64,000 nt of DNA from a virus (taxonomy: Duplodnaviria; Caudoviricetes): positions 38,277-102,276 of IMG/VR virus record IMGVR_UViG_3300027986_000008. One strand, given 5' to 3'. Positions 1 to 9,996 of this stretch are shown here, in pieces. The translations under genes and the position numbers were made by a program. How positions within the stretch are numbered: position 1 is the first letter of the stretch; each line of letters starts with the position of its first letter. The notes beneath the pieces are model-generated. The model was not told the origin of the DNA. It did not search any database and saw only the letters and a program-made list of their open reading frames with translations.

Positions 1-87
1 ACCGTCGCTCAAAAGGGCAGCAGCCGACCTCTCATAGACACCGGAGAGCTGCGTCGTTCGATCACGTGGGTCAGGACGCAGAAATAG
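1..87 (+). CDS. 3' end of phage neck/tail-completion protein (partial)
   Basis: Frame 1 reads TVAQKGSSRPLIDTGELRRSITWVRTQK*; the KGSSxPLIDTGxLRxSI motif is typical of these neck proteins. Confidence 0.75.
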   Translation, partial: TVAQKGSSRPLIDTGELRRSITWVRTQK

Positions 88-122
88 CTAAGGAAAGGAT
101 GGCGCGGTAGAATTCCCAGAGC

Positions 123-159
123 GACTTCGGCTCTTACCTGATCAGTAGGAGCCGAAGTC
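123..159. other. intergenic hairpin, about 15-bp stem
   Basis: GACTTCGGCTCTTAC ... GTAGGAGCCGAAGTC inverted repeat (one G-U pair); no U-tract. Confidence 0.6.
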
Positions 160-179
160 ATAACTCCCGCTCTCCTCCG

Positions 180-692
180 ATGCCTAGTTGGTCTCTGTCT
201 GATCTCGCTCTCGATCCGGATCTCGGCGAGGCACTAACGATAGTCCGCTCAACCGGCTCCTTCGCGGCCGGAGGCTTTCAGAGCAGCACGGTATCTCTCG
301 ATTGGTGGGGGATACTGGCCGTCGCGGAAGATGAGATTCTCCGCCAGTTCTCTGAGGGAGATCGGATCACCGGGGACCTAATTCTTTTCTCAGCAGATCC
401 TCTCTATGAGACCTCTGAGCAGAGATCCGGATTAAGCGACCAAGTTGCGTGGAACCAGGGTCTCTATCGCATCGTCAAGGTCGGACCGTGGAAGGATTGG
501 GGATTTTATGCCGCAGTGCTGACGAGGATCGGAGATTACACCCCTCCTCTTCCGACGTTCGACGAGCAGCCAGGCACGTTCGACTTCCAGCAAGGAACGT
601 TCGACGAGGCCGGAATGCCGTCGTATGACGAGCATGCTGGCTACCATGATCAGGCGGAGGGAACTTTCGATGAGGCTCAAGATGAAAATTAA
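180..692 (+). CDS. head-closure/head-tail joining protein with C-terminal acidic GTFDE repeats
   Basis: Position in the neck module; EGDR...SDQVAW...YRIVKVGPWxDWGFY pattern; C-terminal TFDEQPGTFD...GTFDE repeats. Confidence 0.6.
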   Translation: MPSWSLSDLALDPDLGEALTIVRSTGSFAAGGFQSSTVSLDWWGILAVAEDEILRQFSEGDRITGDLILFSADPLYETSEQRSGLSDQVAWNQGLYRIVKVGPWKDWGFYAAVLTRIGDYTPPLPTFDEQPGTFDFQQGTFDEAGMPSYDEHAGYHDQAEGTFDEAQDEN

Positions 693-3600
693 GATCGCCC
701 TAATTTCATTAGCGTCTGCTATAGCAGCAACCGCTCAGATCCAAGTCATTCCCGACACGACGTTTCCGACCGTCCGGTCCCTCCTCAACTCGAACTTCGG
801 ATACATCAGCAATCAGTTAGGGCTGAAGCAGGGCCTGATCTCCGGCGCTCCGTCCGTCTGGCCGAATATCTACTATCAGACGGTAAAGGTCAACGGGAGC
901 ATCCAACCTCAGCAGCCGACGATCAACTTCGTTCCAGGAACGAACATCGCCTTCAGTTGCACGAACAATATCGGACTGAGCCAGAGTGACTGCACGATCA
1001 GTTCCACGGCCGGAGGAAACGTCACCAGCATCGGCATCGCGGTTCCGGGATGGCTCTCCGTGTCCGGATCTCCGGTTACTAGTGCGGGGACGATCACGAT
1101 CTCCGAGGCTTCGGCCCAATCTCCGCATCAGGTTATCGGTACGTGCGGAGCGAATACGTCCTTCGGACCGTGCGCGCTTGCGATCTCCGATCTTCCGGCC
1201 GGACTCCTCCAGTCGGGAAATAATCTCTCCGAACTTTCGAGCGCGTCTGCCGCGAGGACGAATCTCGGTCTGACGTCTACGGCCACCGCCTCTCTCGTCA
1301 CTACGGTAGGAAACCCTGGAAGCAACCTGAACGTTCCGACCGAGGCCGCTGTGAGAGCAGCCGTCGGTGCGGCGGGATTCGTAACGAGCGTCGGATTGGC
1401 TGCTCCGACGTGGTTGACGGTGTCCGGCTCTCCGGTCACGGCCTCCGGCACTCTAACCTTTGCTGCCGCGTCCGGACAGACATCTCACCAAGTAATCGGC
1501 ACGTGCGGATCAGCGACGTCCTTCGCGCCCTGCTCTCTCGTTCTCGCGGACCTTCCAGCCATCACTACGGCGAACGTCTCCGAGAGCGGTAACCTCTACT
1601 TCACGAATGCGCGAGCCATCGCAGCCTTTTCCGCTACTGCTCCGATCCTCCTCAACTCCGGAGTGATCTCCTGCCAGACTGCCTCCGGTCTTCAGGCCGG
1701 TTGCCTCACGTCTACGGATTGGTCAACCTTTAACTCTAAGCAGACGGCTATCTCCGGCGCTCCGGGAACGTGGCCGACGACGTTCGCTCCTCCGGCTCCG
1801 ACTCCGTCTACCTTGGGAGGATTGTTCTCTGCGACCGCGGCCTCCCATCGGTGGGTAACGAACATCGACAATACCGGAACGCAGCAACTCTCTCAGCCGT
1901 CTTGCGCAGACCTCAGCAACTCCTCTGCGAGTTGCTCGACCGATGCGACGAATGCCGATAACATCGCCAGCGGCACCATCGGAGCCGCTCGGCTCCCTCA
2001 ATTCACCGGAGGAGATGCCACGACGGCCGGAGTAGGATCTACTGCTCTTAGCGTAATTAAGGTGAACGGAGCCGCGGTTCCGGCCTCCGCTGCAGCTCTT
2101 GCGTCGAACGTGTCGAGCCAATTAGTCGCGGCCGCTACGACAGGCTCCGGCAGCACGGTCGTTCTCTCGACGTCTCCGACTATAACCAATCTAAAAGCGA
2201 CGGCTATCCAGGATGCGAACGGCAATCCTTTCTTCACGTCCAGTGCGACCGCTTCGGCTGTAGATTCCGTAACGGTAACGAACGCAGCGACAGCGAATCC
2301 GGCAACGGTAAGCGTCGGCAGCAGCGGAAGCGACGGGAACATAAACCTGAATCTAACCTCGAAGGGAACCGGAGTCATTCAACTGAACGGCTCTCCGGTG
2401 GTCGCGTCTGCAACTACGGATGCCACGAATGCGAGCAACATAAGCAGTGGTACTCTTCCGAACGCGAGGCTCTCAGCGGTTCCGAATTCTGCTCTGGCCA
2501 ACTCATCTACTACGCTCAACGGTCAGACTGTGGCTCTCGGAGCGACCGGAAACGTGAATGCCGGGGCAGCAGCTCACTCGGTATCGATCAACCAAGGTGC
2601 CGGATCTGCCATCTCTGGCGTGGCTATCGGAACAGCCGGACGAGTCCTTATAGACCAAGGAGTCGGAGCTGATCCTGCCTTCGACGCGGTATCGGGAGAC
2701 GGAGCACTAAACGGCTCCGGCTCTTTGACGGTGACGAAGACTAACGGAGTCGCCTTCGCGACCTCGGCGACTACCGACGCGACGAACGCGACGAACATAA
2801 CGAGCGGTACTCTGCCGACCGCTCGACTGGTATCGGTCCCTAACACCTCTCTCGCTAATTCGGCCACGACGGTGAATGGGCAGACTTGCACGTTAGGGTC
2901 ATCCTGCACGGTGACTCTCTCCGCGGTGAACCCTCAATCGGCTACGTACCAAGTTCTTGCCGCGGACTTCTCGAACTACAAGACGATCGTCGTCTCATCC
3001 GGGACGTTCACCATCACCTTAGTGGCATCCGGATCGCAACCTCCGGCGGGTCAATACGTCACCATCATTAACTACGGTTCTGGTCTGGTGACGATCGCGA
3101 GGAGCGGCCAGAATATCAACGGCGGGACTTCCTCTCTGACTCTTAATGCGGCCTCGGCAACGTCGCCGACGTCGTCGTACGTCATATCGGACGGCACGAA
3201 CTATTTTGCTTCTATGAACTCCGCGGCATCTAGCCGCACGACGAACCTCTACTACGCGCCTGGTGCGAAGACGGTGAACGGCGTCGGAGCCTCCGTCTTT
3301 CAATGCAACACGAGCTGCCCCACGCCGACAGCAATTACGGGAGGAACCGATGTAACGGCATCCCTCCACTTCGCTGGAGCAGGAAGCGTATTCGACGAGT
3401 TCGTGATTCCCACGAACTACGCAAACCAAACGATCACGATCGAAGTGATGGCTCGAAGCGCCGATAACGGAGCGCATAGTGGAACGGTCACGTTCACGAG
3501 TAGCCAGATCGGAGCGAACGGAGACGTATCTAATCCGACGCTCGCGAATTCGACGGCGATCACCTTTACTCCTTCAGGGACGGCCAGCGGCTTAGTGATC

Positions 3601-3726
3601 GCAACGGGAACGTTTACGCCGAGTTGGACGGCGGGCAATCGCGCCTTTTGGAAAGCAGCAGTCGCCCTCGGCACTCTCACGTCTGATCTTGAAATCGTAT
3701 CGGTTCGTTTCTATGCGACGTTTTAG
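682..3726 (+). CDS. large Ser/Thr/Ala/Gly-rich fibre/adhesin-like protein with signal peptide (fibre 1)
   Basis: ATG 682 after GAGG; MKIKIALISLASAIAATA-Q; repeated VTSxGxxxPxWLxVSGSPVTxxGT and TDATNAxNIxSGTL fibre motifs; SDGTNY module; Cys pairs. Confidence 0.7.
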   Translation: MKIKIALISLASAIAATAQIQVIPDTTFPTVRSLLNSNFGYISNQLGLKQGLISGAPSVWPNIYYQTVKVNGSIQPQQPTINFVPGTNIAFSCTNNIGLSQSDCTISSTAGGNVTSIGIAVPGWLSVSGSPVTSAGTITISEASAQSPHQVIGTCGANTSFGPCALAISDLPAGLLQSGNNLSELSSASAARTNLGLTSTATASLVTTVGNPGSNLNVPTEAAVRAAVGAAGFVTSVGLAAPTWLTVSGSPVTASGTLTFAAASGQTSHQVIGTCGSATSFAPCSLVLADLPAITTANVSESGNLYFTNARAIAAFSATAPILLNSGVISCQTASGLQAGCLTSTDWSTFNSKQTAISGAPGTWPTTFAPPAPTPSTLGGLFSATAASHRWVTNIDNTGTQQLSQPSCADLSNSSASCSTDATNADNIASGTIGAARLPQFTGGDATTAGVGSTALSVIKVNGAAVPASAAALASNVSSQLVAAATTGSGSTVVLSTSPTITNLKATAIQDANGNPFFTSSATASAVDSVTVTNAATANPATVSVGSSGSDGNINLNLTSKGTGVIQLNGSPVVASATTDATNASNISSGTLPNARLSAVPNSALANSSTTLNGQTVALGATGNVNAGAAAHSVSINQGAGSAISGVAIGTAGRVLIDQGVGADPAFDAVSGDGALNGSGSLTVTKTNGVAFATSATTDATNATNITSGTLPTARLVSVPNTSLANSATTVNGQTCTLGSSCTVTLSAVNPQSATYQVLAADFSNYKTIVVSSGTFTITLVASGSQPPAGQYVTIINYGSGLVTIARSGQNINGGTSSLTLNAASATSPTSSYVISDGTNYFASMNSAASSRTTNLYYAPGAKTVNGVGASVFQCNTSCPTPTAITGGTDVTASLHFAGAGSVFDEFVIPTNYANQTITIEVMARSADNGAHSGTVTFTSSQIGANGDVSNPTLANSTAITFTPSGTASGLVIATGTFTPSWTAGNRAFWKAAVALGTLTSDLEIVSVRFYATF

Positions 3727-6505
3727 CCTGTGGTTCTTCATCGCCTGCGCGTGCTCCCTCGCGGCTGGCAACACCTGCACGCTGAAGGACGGCGGCGGTG
3801 GGTCCTGCACCGGGTCCAATCCAACAGTCTGCTCGTTGGCCTCTATCGCCGCAGATAGCACGCACAGTTACTGGACGGGGACCGGGTGCACGGCGAATGG
3901 CTACACGCCATCCAGCGATTATCTGGTAGTGCCCGAACCTTTCGTGCTCAAGTTCGATCAGGCAGCAGGGAGCACGGCTGGTAACTCGACCGCGCCCATT
4001 TATCCGTATGTCGTTTCGCTGAACGTCACGAACGGCGGGACGCTTTGCGGCAGCGCAACGGCGGCCATGACAATCGGCAGCGCGTCTGCCATCGCGAATG
4101 GCTCCATCACGTCGTTTCCGCACATCACATTGGTCATCTCCGGCGGCGTAGTGCAGTCGGCTTACATGGAGGCGAGCGGCGGCGCGGGACGGCCTCGATT
4201 CGCGCCCGGCAGCGCGGCCCCGACCGTCACAGTCAGCGGCTGCACTGGCACGACGGCGGTAATCTCTCCCAACTTGGTGACCGGCAGCGGGACGGCAGCG
4301 ATCGAGATCTCCGGTGCGGCAGGCGGCACGGCGTACGGCGGAATCCAGGTGACCACCAGTTTGACAATCAAAGGAGACGTCAGCATCGGCAACACTTCGG
4401 GCGGGGCGAGTACGAGCACGCCGATTGTGCAGAAGCGCGGCTCGACGATCACGTTCGACTCCTCGGCCAGCGCGGACGGATTCTCTGGGCACTACATTTA
4501 CGGCCTCGTGCCGATCTCCGGGTATAACGGATTCGGCGGCGGGAAGTGGAAGTACGACAGCAGCGATTGCACCTCTGCTCAGCAATGCACCCTGACGGCG
4601 AACGCGGCGGGAGCAAATACATACTTCGATTATTCGAGAGTCGCGGATTGGGTAGTCAACGCCACGTATACCAATTTCTCATACGTCGGGAGCTACCTGG
4701 ATTTCTTGCTCAACGACGGTCGCGAAGACTGGACGGTGACGCACTCGACGTTCAGCCACCACGGATTGACGCTCATCGGTGTTGCAGCGACCAACAACAT
4801 CGTACATCAGTACAACAGTTATTCGAGTCCGGCATCCTTCGGAGATCTGGCCGTCAATGATTCCTCGATCGCGTATGTGAGCGGTACGCGCAACGTTTCG
4901 TATAACGTCTTTAACTTATGCGTCAACGCGACCCAAGCGAACTCTGGGAATCTAACGCCGTCTCTCGCAGGCTGTAATTCCACTGGTCAGGTATCGCCTG
5001 CTAATTTCACTTGGACCGGGAACTACTTCCCAACCGTGCCTACGGGACTCGGGACGAATTCTACCGCCACAAATAACTTCTTCATCTTTCCGCTTAGTTG
5101 GGGATCTGTGTCTGGAGCCGGAGCGCGCAGCGCGAACTACTTCTGGTATCCGGCCATCGCGTTTAATCCTCACCTGACGGCTCTCGGCAACGGGCAAAAC
5201 AGCACTGGAGATATCTTCGATATTACAGAGGACGGAACCGGAGGAGGGGACGCCTCTCCGGTCCTTGGTCCGCAGTCGGGATCAGGAACGAATAATCTTT
5301 ACAACGAAATCATTCTTCCGTCTAAGCAGGGTCACGGTAATGGGTGGGCCTCGTTGATCTATGACGGATCGTATCCGAGCGGCAACACACTAAACATGAA
5401 TCATGCCACGTTCTGGGGGCGGAGCTATACCGCTGGAAACGGCCAGAATTCGGTGCTCGCGAACGGTCACAACTCGAACTGCGGCGGAGTCGGCACGGTA
5501 GGTTCATTCAAAGCGAACCTCGTCTACGGTCTAGGAGGATCGAATACGACTTTTAAGTTCGCGACGATCCTTCCGGCAGCTACGGCTTGTTTGGACCTCT
5601 GCACGGCTTCGACGTGCGACTACAATGCGGCCTACAACTTCACGCTGACGGCGACGTGCGTATCGTGCAACCCAGCCGGAGGAGGGAGAGGATACCTCAG
5701 CAACACGACGAGCGGAGTCCTTCCAGGACCTCACGATCTCGATGTCGTTTTGAATCCCGGTTCTGCGGTAGGCGTCAATCCGAGTTTCGCAGACAGCAAT
5801 CGTAATGCTTATCTATGGGATACGAAATACCTCGGCCACGCTCTGAATGCGGCATGGGTGACGAGCACTTCCTATACTGCCGGAAGCTCTGCCGTGTCGG
5901 ATTCTCACGCCGGAGTCTACGGCAATGCGGGAATCAATTACAGTTGCATCCTCAGCCATACGTCCAACGCGCAGACGGAGCCGGAAGCCGCGCCACTGGA
6001 GACGAGCGATATCGGCTCTGGGTTGACGAGCATCGTGGTATCCGGGGGGATCGCAACCGTCACGACTGCGGCAGCTCATCAGCTCGCCGTTGGATCAGAG
6101 GCGGTCATCGTCGTATCGTCTGCTCCGGCCGCTTTCGGAGCTTCTGTTCTGAGCGTACCGTCAAGTACCACGTTCACGGCTAACGTAAGTTGTTGCCTTG
6201 CGGATGCGACCTATACGACCGCGAGCAAGCTTTACCTCTGGCAAGCATTTTGGGAGCCTGCGTCGCTGGTCTCTCTTCGAAGTGCCATCGCGGCCGGGAC
6301 TCTATATACAGACGTCTCTCTCGGGGACTCTTCTACTCACCTCGCCGTTGATGCTTTAGTGAAGTGGGTCTCGGCGGGATTAGCTCCTCAGAATCCGGCG
6401 TTTTACTACACATTTCCAGGGGATACGAATTCCGTCACGAACGTTGGAGCAGTTCAGATGCTCGATCGCACGAAAGTCGGCGGGATCGCTCCGATGATCC
6501 AGTAA
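3713..6505 (+). CDS. exported beta-rich (beta-helix-like) partner protein with CBM-like module
   Basis: MRRFSLWFFIACACSLAA signal peptide; Asn/Thr-rich beta repeats; AWVTSTSY...YSCILSHTS resembles CBM5/12-like modules; many Cys. Confidence 0.55.
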   Translation: MRRFSLWFFIACACSLAAGNTCTLKDGGGGSCTGSNPTVCSLASIAADSTHSYWTGTGCTANGYTPSSDYLVVPEPFVLKFDQAAGSTAGNSTAPIYPYVVSLNVTNGGTLCGSATAAMTIGSASAIANGSITSFPHITLVISGGVVQSAYMEASGGAGRPRFAPGSAAPTVTVSGCTGTTAVISPNLVTGSGTAAIEISGAAGGTAYGGIQVTTSLTIKGDVSIGNTSGGASTSTPIVQKRGSTITFDSSASADGFSGHYIYGLVPISGYNGFGGGKWKYDSSDCTSAQQCTLTANAAGANTYFDYSRVADWVVNATYTNFSYVGSYLDFLLNDGREDWTVTHSTFSHHGLTLIGVAATNNIVHQYNSYSSPASFGDLAVNDSSIAYVSGTRNVSYNVFNLCVNATQANSGNLTPSLAGCNSTGQVSPANFTWTGNYFPTVPTGLGTNSTATNNFFIFPLSWGSVSGAGARSANYFWYPAIAFNPHLTALGNGQNSTGDIFDITEDGTGGGDASPVLGPQSGSGTNNLYNEIILPSKQGHGNGWASLIYDGSYPSGNTLNMNHATFWGRSYTAGNGQNSVLANGHNSNCGGVGTVGSFKANLVYGLGGSNTTFKFATILPAATACLDLCTASTCDYNAAYNFTLTATCVSCNPAGGGRGYLSNTTSGVLPGPHDLDVVLNPGSAVGVNPSFADSNRNAYLWDTKYLGHALNAAWVTSTSYTAGSSAVSDSHAGVYGNAGINYSCILSHTSNAQTEPEAAPLETSDIGSGLTSIVVSGGIATVTTAAAHQLAVGSEAVIVVSSAPAAFGASVLSVPSSTTFTANVSCCLADATYTTASKLYLWQAFWEPASLVSLRSAIAAGTLYTDVSLGDSSTHLAVDALVKWVSAGLAPQNPAFYYTFPGDTNSVTNVGAVQMLDRTKVGGIAPMIQ

Positions 6506-6518
6506 ACGACTTCCTCAA

Positions 6519-7448
6519 ATGTCTAGCGTCACGTGGCCGAACGGCCAAACATTCGCCTCTTCGGCGCTATCTCCGGACGGATTCAACGTCTTGATGCAGC
6601 CGCTCGTCGCTTCGATCCTTGGAATCGACCCGGTAGCAAATCCGAACGCGGCGTATAAGACCGTCCGCGTGGCCTGGCAGACGCAGGGTCAGCCGGAGTG
6701 GGCCGTAGACGAGGACGTCTGCGTCGTGCGTTCGACTCTGAAAGATACCGGCTTCTCTCGCACTCACGACAACATCCGCGGACAGAACGACTCGACCTCT
6801 CTTGCTGATGTTTCTTCATTCACTCAAGTATGGAACTTTCGCTGCGTGCTTTACGGGCCGAACTCGGCAGATAAGGCGCGCTTGATCCTGTCAGCGATAC
6901 GAGAGGATTGGGCAGCTCAGTGGATCGTATCTCCAATTACGGATTGCTCTGTAGTCGCTCCCGGCATCAATTATCAGGTGGGAGACGTCGTCGGAGTCGT
7001 TCAGCCCGGAGCCTTCGGAGGTTCTCTTAAGGTGACCTCTTTAGGTCTCAACGGAGCCGTTGCCGGACTCGCGTTGGTTCCGGCCCAGCAAGGATATGGC
7101 TATCAAACGACGGGAACTATCGCGGCGATCTTCGACGAGACTCTCGGAACGTTCGATGAGCACTCAGGAAACTTCGATGAAGCTACCCAAGCTCTCTCAA
7201 CGACTGGCGGCTCCGGAACCGGTCTGACGGTGAACATAGTGGCAAGCAACGTGTTTTTGGTTCCCGGTCCGCGCAGGCCGACGTACTCCGGAGAACCTTT
7301 CAAGAGTTTGTGGTTTAAGCGGGCTGACATCGAGATCGAGTTCAACGAACTCGTGATCGAATCGCTCATCAATCCGTCGGCAGCAGGATTAGACATCGTT
7401 CTCCTCAAGGATACCGGACTCTCGACGACGCTCGTCCTGAGGCCGTAA
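6519..7448 (+). CDS. tail terminator/completion protein with inserted domain
   Basis: Directly upstream of the sheath; VRVAWQTQGQP, YGPNS, WFKRADIEIEFNE; internal GxxYxVGD insertion. Confidence 0.65.
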   Translation: MSSVTWPNGQTFASSALSPDGFNVLMQPLVASILGIDPVANPNAAYKTVRVAWQTQGQPEWAVDEDVCVVRSTLKDTGFSRTHDNIRGQNDSTSLADVSSFTQVWNFRCVLYGPNSADKARLILSAIREDWAAQWIVSPITDCSVVAPGINYQVGDVVGVVQPGAFGGSLKVTSLGLNGAVAGLALVPAQQGYGYQTTGTIAAIFDETLGTFDEHSGNFDEATQALSTTGGSGTGLTVNIVASNVFLVPGPRRPTYSGEPFKSLWFKRADIEIEFNELVIESLINPSAAGLDIVLLKDTGLSTTLVLRP

Positions 7449-7467
7449 AGAAAGGAAGCACCATCAA

Positions 7468-8895
7468 ATGTCGTTACCTCTTCCACTCTCTAACATATTG
7501 AGCGTCGCCACGTTCGTATCGCCTGCTGCGGCTCCCACGCCGAGCTTTAACCAGGCCTTGATCGTCGGAGACAGCACCGTTATTCCATCGGTCGGAGCGA
7601 ACTCGCGGACGAGGCTCTATCAATCGCTCTCTGCGATCGCATCCGACGGATTCTCCACGTCGAGCGCGGAGTATCTCGCCGCTGAGCAGTACTTCGGCCA
7701 GACTCCGCAGCCGCTCAACCTGTGGCTCGGACGTAGGGATCAGACGGCGATCAATACTGCGATCATTCACACCGGCGCAGCCGGGACCGGATACGCAGTC
7801 GGGGACGTCGTGACGGTGGTTCAGGGAGGAGCTTCCGGAGGCCAACTCCAAATCACCACCGTCAGCTCCGGAGTCGTCACCGGATTCCAGATCATATCGA
7901 CGGCGCGCGGCACCGGCTATTCCGTGGCATCGGCGTTGAGCACGACCGGAGGGACCGGGACCGGTCTGGAGGTCGACATCACCGTCATCGGAGAGACGCC
8001 TCTGATGGCGGTTCAGGCGTGCCGCCTCACGAATCCTCAGTGGTACTGCTGCGAGTTCGTCGGCACCGCGGTTGATTCGGACCACATCTCTATAGCCGGT
8101 GCGATCGAGGCATTTACTCCCGCATCCACCTATTTCATTACGAGCGGAGAGACTGCGGTCCTCAATGCGGCCGCCAACAACCTCTTCGCTTCTCTTCAAG
8201 CCCTCAAGTACCGGCGCACCTTCTCCGTGTATTCGACCACGCAGGGCGGCAACTTCCCGAACAATGCGTACTCAGCTGCCGCGGTCATGGGGGTCGCGAT
8301 GGGGAGGAATACCGGCGCTCCCGGCTCGTACTTCGATATCATGTTCAAGCCGATTGCCGGAGTGGCTCCCGAGCCTCTGACCGAATCTCAGGTCAACGCG
8401 ATCTGCGGAACGATCGACCGGACGAGCGTCGGACTCTGCGGAAACCTGATCACCCTTTACCAGGGGAACTATACATGGACGCAGCTGGCGGTGATGGCGA
8501 GCGGAGACTTCTTCGACGAGGTGCTGAACCTCGACATGCTCGCCGCAGACATCCAGAACAGCGGCGTCGCTCTCTTGACGTCTGTTCCGGCTCTCCCGAT
8601 CACAGAGGGCGGGATGACCTCGATGAAGGCCACGGTCGCCGGAGCCTGCGACCGCGCCCAGCTTCGCGGATTCATCGCTCCGTCCGGAGTCTGGCTCGGA
8701 GTCACGATCGGAGCCGGAAACGGAGCCATCGTTAACGGACAGGCACTCCCCCACGGTTACGAGATGTACTCTCAGCCGGTGAGCCAGATGTCTCAGACTC
8801 AACGGGCGTCGAGGGTGCTACCTCAATTGACGGTGGTCCTCGTCGAAGCCCAGTCCGGCCACATGCTGAGCGTGACGGTCCAGGTGCAGAAGTAA
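7468..8895 (+). CDS. contractile tail sheath (DUF3383-like)
   Basis: 475 aa; EYLAAEQYFGQTPQP, MFKPIAGVAPEPL, MASGDFFDEV, RGFIAPSGVW motifs; followed by the tube gene. Confidence 0.85.
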   Translation: MSLPLPLSNILSVATFVSPAAAPTPSFNQALIVGDSTVIPSVGANSRTRLYQSLSAIASDGFSTSSAEYLAAEQYFGQTPQPLNLWLGRRDQTAINTAIIHTGAAGTGYAVGDVVTVVQGGASGGQLQITTVSSGVVTGFQIISTARGTGYSVASALSTTGGTGTGLEVDITVIGETPLMAVQACRLTNPQWYCCEFVGTAVDSDHISIAGAIEAFTPASTYFITSGETAVLNAAANNLFASLQALKYRRTFSVYSTTQGGNFPNNAYSAAAVMGVAMGRNTGAPGSYFDIMFKPIAGVAPEPLTESQVNAICGTIDRTSVGLCGNLITLYQGNYTWTQLAVMASGDFFDEVLNLDMLAADIQNSGVALLTSVPALPITEGGMTSMKATVAGACDRAQLRGFIAPSGVWLGVTIGAGNGAIVNGQALPHGYEMYSQPVSQMSQTQRASRVLPQLTVVLVEAQSGHMLSVTVQVQK

Positions 8896-8930
8896 ACGCT
8901 AAAATCCATTCGCGAAGGAGACTGATTTAA

Positions 8931-9392
8931 ATGTCCACAAACATCTTAGGAACTTACAGCGCGAAGGACATGACCTTCACGTTCACGCATCCTCTCATCG
9001 GAATCATCGAGGGAGGAGGCATCCAGGAGAAGGGTATCGACGAGATCGTGGTCCGCTTGCTGACCGACAGGACCACGATGAAGATCGCCGCAGACGGCGG
9101 AGTCGTTCCGAGCGCGGTACCCGGAAATAATGGAGAAGTTGACCTCAAGTTCTTCCAGACGTCTACCCTCCAGAGCGACTTCATCGCCTGGTTCAACGCG
9201 ATGATCGCAGCGGCCGATGCCGGAGACGTCTCGACGTGGGCTGCGGGAACTCTCCTCATTAAGAACACCGTCGATGGTTCCGGCCACTACTGCCGTGGAG
9301 TAGCTCCGAAGAAGCCTGCGGACAAGAGCTATCAGGCCGAGGCACAAGCCTTGACCTGGACTATGGCGTGCGCCGATATCACGAATTTATAA
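8931..9392 (+). CDS. tail tube protein (DUF3277-like)
   Basis: 153 aa after the sheath; TYS...IAADG...QTS...KPADKSY...LTW pattern. Confidence 0.8.
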   Translation: MSTNILGTYSAKDMTFTFTHPLIGIIEGGGIQEKGIDEIVVRLLTDRTTMKIAADGGVVPSAVPGNNGEVDLKFFQTSTLQSDFIAWFNAMIAAADAGDVSTWAAGTLLIKNTVDGSGHYCRGVAPKKPADKSYQAEAQALTWTMACADITNL

Positions 9393-9445
9393 AAAGCATT
9401 CCCACGTCCGAAATAAAAAGGAGCGGACGCTAAACACTCACCACA

Positions 9446-9838
9446 ATGTCAGAGAAATCGAAAGACGTCACGATCGGCGAGCGGAGATTTCGGATAGACC
9501 TAGTTCCTGCCGACGTCGGCAATTGGATCGTGCTCCAGATCGGCAGCGGAAAGATCATCCAGGAGGACGTATTCGCGAAGATCCAGAGCCATCTCCTGAG
9601 CCGTTGCTCGATCTATCATGATGACGAGACGCCGGTCCGGATCTATCAAGACGGTAAATGGACTGACCCCAAGCTCGGTCTCCAGTATGACCTCATCACC
9701 GTCAACGACCTGATGACAGAGGCCATGGCTTTTAACTTCGACCCTTTTTTCGCCGAGATGCAGCGCCGCAATCCGGCAGCCTTCAAAGGCGGCGAAGCAG
9801 CCTCGGCTACACTCCAGTTAACTTCCCAGACCACCTGA
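9446..9838 (+). CDS. tail assembly chaperone (gpG-like)
   Basis: Between tube and tape measure; NFDPFF motif overlaps a slippery site. Confidence 0.8.
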   Translation: MSEKSKDVTIGERRFRIDLVPADVGNWIVLQIGSGKIIQEDVFAKIQSHLLSRCSIYHDDETPVRIYQDGKWTDPKLGLQYDLITVNDLMTEAMAFNFDPFFAEMQRRNPAAFKGGEAASATLQLTSQTT

Positions 9839-9993
9839 GTCCATACCTCTGGAGGCCGGTCGTGGCTGGCCTCTGGAGGCAAAGCGAACTCAGCCTCTAC
9901 TCCATCCACGATCTCTATGATGTAAACCTCGTCATAGACGTGCTCGAAGAGAACCGCTGGCGCGCAGCGGATGCCGCAAGGCAGAAGAAATAA
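9742..9993 (+). CDS. -1 frameshift extension of tail chaperone (gpGT-like)
   Basis: Heptamer C CCT TTT at 9742-9748 in the correct frame; the -1 frame is open to TAA 9991-9993 and encodes YLWRPVVAGLWRQSEL..YSIHDL. Confidence 0.8.
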   Translation, partial: PFFRRDAAPQSGSLQRRRSSLGYTPVNFPDHLSPYLWRPVVAGLWRQSELSLYSIHDLYDVNLVIDVLEENRWRAADAARQKK

Positions 9994-9996
9994 TAA

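Noticed and set aside
100-175. tRNA gene after the first ORF
   Set aside because: Only one long hairpin; no cloverleaf, T-loop or CCA
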